A stretch of DNA of 6,673 bases from Octopus sinensis (lineage: Eukaryota). Of the stretch, positions 1 through 6,355 are shown piece by piece. The position numbers and the translations under genes were made by a program. The notes under the pieces were generated by a model. That model was not told the DNA's origin and did no database searches. It saw only the letters and a list, made by a program, of their open reading frames with translations. The number at the start of each line of letters is the position of its first letter. The first letter of the stretch is position 1. The DNA is taken from positions 1-6,673 of the forward strand of contig NW_021829254.1 of the NCBI RefSeq assembly GCF_006345805.1, in the 5' to 3' direction.

Positions 1-78
1 TGTGTGTGCGTGTGGTGTATATGTTTGTATGCATGTATGCATATGCATACTTACATAACATATATACATACATATGTG

Positions 79-116
<38 letters not shown>

Positions 117-117
117 A
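1..117. repeat. Mixed (TG)n/(TA)n/(TACA)n microsatellite
   Basis: Directly visible dinucleotide and tetranucleotide runs. Confidence 0.9.
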
Positions 118-364
118 GAAGCATGTGTGCGTGTGACTGAACATTTAGTAGGGTGTCCGTACATATATACTTTATGAGTATGAGTGATCGAGTGTTTTGC
201 AAGGCCATAGATATTTAAAAAGCTGAAAACAGAAATAGTAAATCGATGAGAGAGAAGTGTTCAAATATAAAAAGCAAAAAACCAGGACACCTGATCAGAG
301 AGACATCGGCTCCGTTCGTTAATAATGAAAGTTATTATGATCAACGTCAGATCTTCGACAACCA

Positions 365-530
365 ATGCCATCATCTGTATCCTTACACTACCATCATCAT
401 CATCATCACCATTATGATCATAACGATCATTGGCATCAACGTCGTCATGAAAGTCATCGTGGTCAAGACCAGAGCCTCAGCCACCGACGCCGCCACCCTC
501 ACCATTACAACGCCATCATCATAATGAATG
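365..530. repeat. Cryptic (CAT/CAC/CGT)-rich trinucleotide low-complexity tract, left part
   Basis: Runs such as catcatcatcatcatcacc and caccgacgccgccacc; gives the poly-His/poly-Ile ORFs 246..524 and 365..568. Confidence 0.75.
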
Positions 531-736
531 TTATGATATTTACTCTTTTACTTGTTTCAGTCATTTGACTGCGGCCAAGCTGGAGCACCGCCTTTAGTCG
601 AGCAACTCGACCCCGGGACTTATTCTTTTTTGTAAGCCCAGTACTTATTCTATTCGTCGGTCTCTTTTGCCGAACCGCTAAGTGACGGGGACGTAAACAC
701 ACCAGCATCGGTTGTCAAGCAATGCTAGGGGGACAA

Positions 737-754
737 ACACAGACACACAAATAA

Positions 755-788
<34 letters not shown>

Positions 789-797
789 ATATATACG
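737..797. repeat. (CA)/(TA) microsatellite inside the SINE body
   Basis: acacagacacacaaataaacacacatacatatatat... directly visible between non-repetitive SINE segments. Confidence 0.85.
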
Positions 798-894
798 ACG
801 GGCTTCTTTCAGTTTCCGTCTACCAAATCCACTCACAAGGCATTGGTCGGCCCGGGGCTATAGCAAAAGACACTTGCCCAAGATGCCACGCAGT

Positions 895-948
895 GGGACT
901 GAACCCGGAACCATGTGGTTAGTTAGCAAGCTACTTACCACACAGCCA
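895..948 (-). promoter_or_regulatory. Internal RNA polymerase III type-2 promoter (A and B boxes) of the SINE
   Basis: A-box TGGCTGTGTGG at 948-938; B-box GGTTCAGTCCC at 905-895 (consensus GGTTCRANNCC, one mismatch); tRNA-like spacing. Confidence 0.75.
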
Positions 949-974
949 CTCCTGCGCCTGATATACATCAGATC

Positions 975-1145
975 CTTAACTACCAACGCCTTCACACCAC
1001 CACCACGGCCACTACTTCCACCACCACGGCCACTGTTATGATCAGAACACCAGTACCATCAACACCATCATCACCACCGCCATCTCGTCGCCGCCGCCAT
1101 GATTAACATCAACATTATCTCCTTCAACGCCGACATCATTACCAG
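975..1145. repeat. Cryptic (CCA/CAT/CGC)-rich trinucleotide low-complexity tract, right part, with a 17-bp direct repeat
   Basis: ccaccaccacggccact at 997-1013 and 1018-1034; catcatcaccaccgccatc and gtcgccgccgcc runs. Confidence 0.75.
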
Positions 1146-1159
1146 GTTGCTTGTATTGA

Positions 1160-1330
1160 GATGGAAAAAATAGACAGAGAAATAATAGGAGCGATTGAGA
1201 GAGAGAAAGGGGAATAGGTTAAGGAGAGGACGTGAGGTAAACAGAGAAGTAAGATGGTGGATGAGAAAAGCAGAGGAGAGAGAGAGGAGGGGTGACGTAC
1301 GCACACACACACAAACACACACACTATACA
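1160..1330. repeat. GA-rich polypurine low-complexity tract followed by (CA)n
   Basis: gagagagagaaagggg..., gaggagagagagaggagggg, then gcacacacacacaaacacacacac. Confidence 0.75.
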
Positions 1331-1379
1331 CGTAATGTATATTGATAAATTTACATACCTAAATTACAAACATAAGTTT

Positions 1380-1453
1380 TATATATATATATATATATAC
1401 ACACATACATGTATATATACATACATATATATATACATACATATATACATACA

Positions 1454-1494
<41 letters not shown>

Positions 1495-2014
1495 ACATAC
1501 ATATTATATACATACGTATGTATATATCTATATATATATATATATATATACATATACAATACGTATATATATATGTGTATATACACACATACATATATGT
1601 ACACACATATACATACATACAAACATACATACATACAAACATACATACATACATACATACATGCATACATACAAACATACATACATACAAACATACATAC
1701 ATACAAACATACATACATACAAACATACATACATACATGCATACATACATACATACATACATACATACAAACATACATACATACATACAAACATACATAC
1801 ATACATACATACATACATACACACACACACCATACATACATACATACATGCATACATACATACATACATACATACATACATACATACAAACATACATACA
1901 TACATACATGCATACATACATACATACACACACACACATACATACATACATACATGCACGCATACATACATACATACATACATACATACATACATACATA
2001 CATACATACATACA

Positions 2015-2046
<32 letters not shown>

Positions 2047-2047
2047 C
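1380..2047. repeat. Long compound microsatellite: (TA)n/(TACA) mix grading into (CATA)n with CAAA and CATG variant units
   Basis: About 670 bp directly visible; source of all [12 protein letters not shown] ORFs. Confidence 0.97.
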
Positions 2048-2241
2048 GCAGCGAGTGGGGTGCTATATGAAGAGAGGAGAAAGGGTATGTTGAGGAAGAG
2101 GATTTATAATAATCTTCCCTTCGGCTGTCAATGTCCAGAAAAGCCAATAATTAAACAGTTGCTGACATAAAGCCAGAAGAGTTTCCGAAATGTCCAACAG
2201 AAATACAACTGCCTTAGATTGACACATAGCTGTTTTGTAGC

Positions 2242-2243
2242 TG

Positions 2244-2275
<32 letters not shown>

Positions 2276-2305
2276 GGTGGTGGTGGTGGTGGTGGTGGTG
2301 GTGGT
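2242..2305. repeat. Compound (TGT)6(GGT)15 microsatellite
   Basis: Directly visible; (GGT)15 at 2261-2305. Confidence 0.95.
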
Positions 2306-2392
2306 TTTGCTTAGGGAGTAGAGATGACCGGAAATTGTTGTCTTCATCCCACCTTTGCTTGTCTGTCTGTATCACGTGGATTTTGTTTGTCG

Positions 2393-2850
2393 AGGTCAAT
2401 CATGACTGAGCAGATCTATGTGCAATCAAAGACGTTCTAGATATGACCATTCCTTCTTGTGTTTAAGCATAGTATATCTTGAAGTACATCATTCAATGTG
2501 TCTTTTTCTCAGGTTTTTTTTGAAGACAGAGGGATGTGATTTGGAAGAGATTTTACTGCTGTTTCTAGGCGGACGAGCGACCGCATAGTGGCTTCTTTTT
2601 ATAACTCAGGGCAGATCCTATACATGATCAAATACGTTCAAACTCTTGCTACTCCATTTTGTAACCAAGCATAATGTATCTAGGATTACATTAATCGCTA
2701 TGTCCTTCTTTGGCTGCTATTTCTTGAAGCTTAAGCATCTGTATAGTGGCTTCCTCTGTGTTTCGTGCAGTTGTTTTGTGTTTTTGGTCAGGTTGGTCAT
2801 AATTAAGTCGGCATTCTGATCAAAAGCATTCGTTCCAGTCATACCTATCA
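2393..2850. repeat. Diverged head-to-tail tandem copies (two plus a partial third) of a ~200-bp interspersed repeat unit
   Basis: Collinear anchors: gcagatc (2410, 2611); atcaaa-N-acgttc (2425, 2627; degenerate atcaaaagcattcgttc at 2819); aagcata.t.tatct.ga..tacat (2465, 2667); ctgct.tttct; atagtggcttc (2585-2595, 2743-2753). Resembles an abundant octopus repeat by recollection. Confidence 0.7.
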
Positions 2851-2913
2851 CATTTTTATTTCAACCGCAGTTTATCTTGGACTACATTGTATATTGTGTC
2901 CTCCCCGCCTCTT

Positions 2914-3016
2914 TGTCTGTGGAGTACTCAGCCACTTACACGTTAATTTCACGAGCAGGCTGTTCCGTAACCGACGGAGTGCTTCCACTCTCATCAGGTG
3001 AAAGAAAAAAGCATTT
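2914..3016 (-). mobile_element. Internal fragment of a cephalopod SINE-like repeat
   Basis: Minus strand reads GAAGCACTCCGTCGGTTACGGAACAGCCTGCTCGTGAAATTAACGTGTAAGTGGCTGAGTACTCCACAGACA, which matches my recollection of an abundant octopus interspersed repeat core. No termini or Pol III boxes are present; needs a library search. Confidence 0.55.
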
Positions 3017-3039
3017 TTTATAATTGCTGCTAGAAACAA

Positions 3040-3075
3040 CAACTCGTCGTCGTCGACGTCATCATCATCATCAAT
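3040..3075. repeat. Short compound (CGT)n(CAT)n microsatellite
   Basis: tcgtcgtcgtcgacgtcatcatcatcatc directly visible. Confidence 0.8.
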
Positions 3076-3543
3076 ATCATCTTTTGATATTGCTTCTGTT
3101 TTTTTTTTATAATCAACTCTCTCGTTACGTGTCAGGCTGTATAGGCGTTTCCATGCTCTACCTCGATGAACGAATGCTGTTGTGTCATGTCGTAGGACCT
3201 CGAGACCAAAACCGGTAAATGAAGCGCTCACCGATCACGCATTGTTCCCGTCCCATTGAAACGGTGATAACCAGTACCATATGAAAATTAAAAACGGTAC
3301 GTCCCTCTTAGAGGGGAACAGTGTAATATATACAGATGGTCCGATATGAACTAATTATGTGCAATTAGCTGCTTATGTGTGTCCGTGTGTGCATGCGTGT
3401 GACAGGTTGACTAACGTTAAATGTCTGTCATTATAAACAGTAAGCTTACTGATAACAAACCAGTTTCAATTAGTCATCTTCGGGAGAGAGTGCTTTTATC
3501 AATGTAGTCACTTTTCCAGAAGTATGCTTGTGTATCAATACAT

Positions 3544-3570
3544 AATACATACATACATACATACATACAT
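3544..3570. repeat. (TACA)n microsatellite
   Basis: atacatacatacatacatacatacat directly visible. Confidence 0.85.
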
Positions 3571-3577
3571 AGAATAC

Positions 3578-3591
3578 ATTATTATTATTAT

Positions 3592-3639
<48 letters not shown>

Positions 3640-3686
3640 CAGCAGCAGCAGCAGCGGCAGTAGTAGTAGTAGTAGTAGTAGTTGTT

Positions 3687-3731
<45 letters not shown>
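3578..3731 (-). repeat. 3' tail of the LINE: in-phase (TAC)n/(TGC)n trinucleotide array followed by (TAA)5
   Basis: Plus strand: (ATT)5 at 3578-3592, then 46 in-phase triplets at 3593-3730: (AGT)15, (AGC)6, GGC, then AGT units interrupted by two TGT. Directly abuts the LINE 3' UTR. Confidence 0.85.
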
Positions 3732-5132
3732 TTCCTTCATAACACAGTGTAAGAAAAATGCACCGGAGTCTTTGGTCATCTGTCAAGTCACAACAAGGAC
3801 CTCAGATAGATAATACTTTCCTTAAGATGTGCGCTGTGCCCAATAAGGCTGCTTTTTGCAAGACATGAATCTTGCATGGGATTTCCTGTTGCCTTAAGAA
3901 GTTTTGAAGTTTCAATGGTATCACTTTTACCTTACCTCTCGCATTCCATACAGTCTTGCCATTTCCACTTTCAATTCGGAGTACTTGGTGATTTTTTTCA
4001 ACCTCTTTACTCACAACATTGATACCATTTGGTATGGCTACATTAATTATCTTTCAGTATTTGTCTCTCTTATTCAATATGACAATATCCGGCCGACGGT
4101 GTTCGATTATGCGATCCGTCTGAAAATCATAGTCCCAGAGTATCGTTACTTTTCCATCCTCCTGCATAACTTTACTTGGTTCATGCTCATACCAGTTCTC
4201 TGTTACTTCATATTGGTATTTATGACATAAGAGCCAATGAAGATACACTCACACTTTATCATGGCGGCGCTTGTATTCTTTTTGAGCAAGGTTTCACTTA
4301 CCAAGTGGGTCACATTTTCCACACTCTTTCCACAGAGTCTGCGTTTCTGGGTGTCAGAAGTTTTATAGATGTTATACTTCACTGAATAGCGAGAGCCTGG
4401 TCTTGTGCAACAATGATCAGGCTTTCGGTGGTACACTTCAAGTGACCTCGCTCAAGCCGTGCCCACGATGCTGTATTAACCTTAACGTCTTGTGTATTCC
4501 TTTCAAACTGCCCATGCATTTTCATTTCAAGAAGGTCTTCTTTTCTCTTCTCCTCTTTGTTTAAACTCTTCCTTGACTATCATTTCATTTGCATTTACAC
4601 CCATATCTTTCGCGGCATATTGCAGCAGGTCTTCATCAATATTTATCAAATACTTTGCAAGCCGTTTCCTTTCACACCTTATACAATGGTATATATTGGT
4701 TAGTCCTCTGCCACCATTCTTTCTTTTCATATACAGTCTGTTTACGTTTGCTTTAGGGCGTGGCACCCATGCAGCGTCATCAATTTTCTCGTCTTATCCA
4801 ATTTTGATATTTCCTCCTTAGTCCATTTGAAGATGGACGCACTATATCTGACCACCTCAACTGCCCAGTTATTCATTGCAATAGTCAAATTTTTGGCATT
4901 CAGGTTGGATTCCAACACCATCTTCATTCTCTTTTGGTACTCCTCGCTGACCTTGACTTTCATTTCTCTGTGTAGAATGTCATCCAGCTACAAAATCCCA
5001 AAATTTTTATTCCCACTGTCGTCGGGTTCACCAATGTTCTCTCCTGATGGTAACCGCAATCCTCTGCGGGCTGATTTCTTTCCTCTTTTTATATTAAGTA
5101 CTGTGCATTTGGTAATCCCAAATTCCATAACC
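3732..5132 (-). mobile_element. 5'-truncated, degenerate R4/Dong-clade (RLE-type) non-LTR retrotransposon
   Basis: Manual minus-strand translation across frameshifts gives RT motifs 6/7 (MEFGITKC from 5128; GNKNFGIL*LDDI, cf. YKYLGILE), thumb and downstream motifs (LESNLNAKN..AMN.WA..V.RYS, LDKTRKLMTLHG, PKANVNRLYMKRKNGGRGL, MKMHGQF, SW..L.RG.LK.TTESLIIVAQDQAL), a zinc knuckle (KRRLCGKSVENVTHLVSE..LAQKEYKRRHDKV, LHWLLC) and an RLE (ILWDYDFQTDRIIEHRRPDIVI..KIINVAIP..EK.TKYSEL), ending LQKAALLGTAHILRKVLSI* (stop 3802-3804), followed by a ~70-nt 3' UTR. Confidence 0.93.
3802..5128 (-). pseudogene. Disrupted RT-ZnF-RLE polyprotein ORF of the retrotransposon
   Basis: In-frame stops at 4990-4988 (TAG), 4251-4249 (TGA) and 4056-4054 (TGA); frameshifts near 4765, 4555, 4385, 4290, 3995 (A-run) and 3935. 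Track ORFs 4742..4963, 4527..4766, 4203..4436, 4054..4248 and 3802..4014 are its fragments. Confidence 0.92.
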
Positions 5133-5150
5133 ATTATTATTATTATTATT
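5133..5150. repeat. (ATT)6 at the 5' junction of the LINE
   Basis: Directly visible; mirrors (ATT)5 at 3578-3592. Confidence 0.9.
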
Positions 5151-5152
5151 AT

Positions 5153-5203
5153 GATTTTTTTCCAGTTTCAGCTTATGAGCTGTGGCCATGCTGGGGCACC
5201 GCC
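5153..5203 (-). mobile_element. Orphan 3'-tail fragment of a SINE/LINE (extreme 5' truncation)
   Basis: Minus strand GGCGGTGCCCCAGCATGGCCACAGCTCATAAGCTGAAACTGGAAAAAAA; positions 5165-5203 match the SINE tail at 554-592 at 29/39 nt without gaps. Confidence 0.8.
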
Positions 5204-5226
5204 ATTATTATTATTATTTTTTTTTA

Positions 5227-5260
<34 letters not shown>
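5204..5260. repeat. (ATT)n microsatellite with T-run interruption
   Basis: Directly visible. Confidence 0.9.
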
Positions 5261-5262
<2 letters not shown>

Positions 5263-5481
5263 GGCAACGAGCAGGCAGAATCGTTTGTACGCCGGGCAAA
5301 ATGGCTAGCGACTTTTCGCCTGTCTTTGCGTTCTGAGGTCAAATTTCCCCGTGGTTGATTTTGCCTTTCACCCTTTCGAGGTTGATAAAATAAGTACCAG
5401 TACTAGAGTAGATGTAATCTACTTACTTCCCCCACCCCCGAACCTGCTGGCCTTGTGCCAAATTTGAAACCGTTTATTATT
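5261..5481 (+). mobile_element. tRNA-derived SINE, second family, decayed
   Basis: tRNA-like head aaggcaacgagcaggcagaatcg (A-box-like AGGCAGAATCG, 5273-5283) and degenerate B-box gaggtcaaattt (5335-5346); body cctttcaccctttcgaggttgataaaataagtaccag; 3' end gctggccttgtgccaaatttgaaacc plus ttattatt. Resembles an abundant octopus SINE by recollection and shares the AATAAGTAC plus hairpin motif with the SINE at 540-959. Confidence 0.75.
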
Positions 5482-5647
5482 GAGTGAGAGAGCAGTGCAT
5501 GCCATCAAAGTGACACTGGGGTAAAATATACGAAGCCCAATATATACCCATCATGACTACCCGTCTGATAAGGGTACACCAGGCACGTGCATCACAACCA
5601 TATGTGCGCGACATGGTGATCTCATATCAAGATAAACAACGCATGAC
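5482..5647 (-). mobile_element. Probable 3' end of another 5'-truncated retroposon ending in (TAA)n
   Basis: Complex 166-nt segment bounded by microsatellites; minus strand ends ...GATGGCATGCACTGCTCTCTCACTC-AATAATAA. Resembles an abundant octopus repeat by recollection. No coding motif; orientation inferred from the tail. Confidence 0.55.
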
Positions 5648-5649
5648 AT

Positions 5650-5650
<1 letters not shown>

Positions 5651-5711
<61 letters not shown>
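5651..5711. repeat. Perfect (AGT)20 microsatellite
   Basis: Directly visible; 5651-5710 is 20 units. Confidence 0.95.
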
Positions 5712-5961
5712 TATTTTTGTCATATAACAGCTAATACTACTCTATTCTTTTCCATTCAGCAATGACCGATGATTGCTAATTTTACTTTTTCCATTTCTTG
5801 GAAGATTTTGTCATGAAATTCTTCGGTAACATTAACTGACTGGCAAGAGACTATAACGTACAAATAATAGCCATGTGCCAACTCTGATGCTTAATACAGG
5901 CTTACTTGTTTGTTGGTTTTCCTGCTCATGAAAACTATTGGACAAACTATACCTGTCTCTA

Positions 5962-6020
5962 TCTAGCTAGCTAGCTAAAGCTCTCTCTCTCTCTCTCTTA
6001 CCTTCTTTCTTCTCTCTTCC
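5962..6020. repeat. (TAGC)n, (CT)n and pyrimidine-rich low-complexity tract
   Basis: ctagctagctagcta, ctctctctctctctctct, then ccttctttcttctctcttccc. Confidence 0.85.
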
Positions 6021-6026
6021 CTATGC

Positions 6027-6082
6027 ATATATATATATATAATATATATAGTATGTATATATGATATATATATATAATATAT

Positions 6083-6124
<42 letters not shown>

Positions 6125-6168
6125 CAGAATATGAGCTGATACTGGAATAATATCATATATAGTATATA

Positions 6169-6265
<97 letters not shown>

Positions 6266-6296
6266 ATATGTATATCATATATACATATACATATAT

Positions 6297-6353
<57 letters not shown>

Positions 6354-6355
6354 GA
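6027..6355. repeat. Long interrupted (TA)n microsatellite
   Basis: Directly visible TA runs with tga/taa interruptions and a ~33-nt complex island at 6121-6153. Confidence 0.93.

Larger units (their letters stand above)
540..959 (-). mobile_element. Apparently full-length tRNA-derived SINE with CORE-like segment (octopus OK/OR-type by recollection)
   Basis: Minus strand begins AGGCGCAGGAGTGGCTGTGTGGTAAG with A-box TGGCTGTGTGG (948-938) and B-box GGTTCAGTCCC (905-895), then CTTGGGCAAGTGTCTT (882-867), similar to the CORE-SINE motif CCTTGGGCAAGT. It has an internal CA/TA microsatellite, a 3' stem-loop tail GGCGGTGCTCCAGCTTGGCCGCAGTCAAATGACTGAAAC (592-554) and an A-rich end (AAGTAAAAGAGTAAA). 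The family name is from memory. Confidence 0.85.

Noticed and set aside
246-708. Poly-His, poly-Ile and basic ORFs (246..524, 365..568, 505..708)
   Set aside because: Derived from the cryptic triplet tract and SINE sequence; no domain or splice support.
895-959. Possible tRNA gene
   Set aside because: A and B boxes are present but there is no acceptor stem or terminator, and it continues into the SINE body.
712-1041. 109-aa ORF MSSNARGTNTD...
   Set aside because: Antisense read-through of the SINE and its internal microsatellite.
1335-2170. Long ORFs of 165-262 aa in several frames (HTYI/MYVC repeats)
   Set aside because: Translations of the (TA)/(CATA) microsatellite, which lacks stop codons in most frames.
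2063-2399. Poly-Thr/Asn and poly-His/Gln ORFs
   Set aside because: Frames through (GGT)n(TGT)n; the flanking translation shows no recognisable motif.
2393-2850. Possible CRISPR-like array
   Set aside because: Units are ~200 bp, diverged along their whole length, with no repeat-spacer architecture, in eukaryotic context.
148-3345. Tc1/mariner-like TIR starts (tagggtgtcc near 149; tacagatggtcc near 3331)
   Set aside because: Only weak resemblance, same orientation, and no partner inverted repeat or transposase.
3438-3451. Perfect 14-bp palindrome CAGTAAGCTTACTG
   Set aside because: One palindrome with 7-bp arms is roughly expected by chance in 6.7 kb of AT-rich DNA; no associated feature.
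3524-3786. Poly-Ser, poly-Leu and poly-Tyr ORFs
   Set aside because: Frames of the (AGT)n tail of the LINE.
3904-5336. Plus-strand ORFs 3904..4230, 4176..4385, 4492..4821 and 4827..5336
   Set aside because: Antisense shadows of the LINE coding sequence; the conserved motifs are all on the minus strand.
5553-5765. 70-aa ORF with poly-Val
   Set aside because: Poly-Val is the (AGT)20 array; the N-terminus is repeat-derived.
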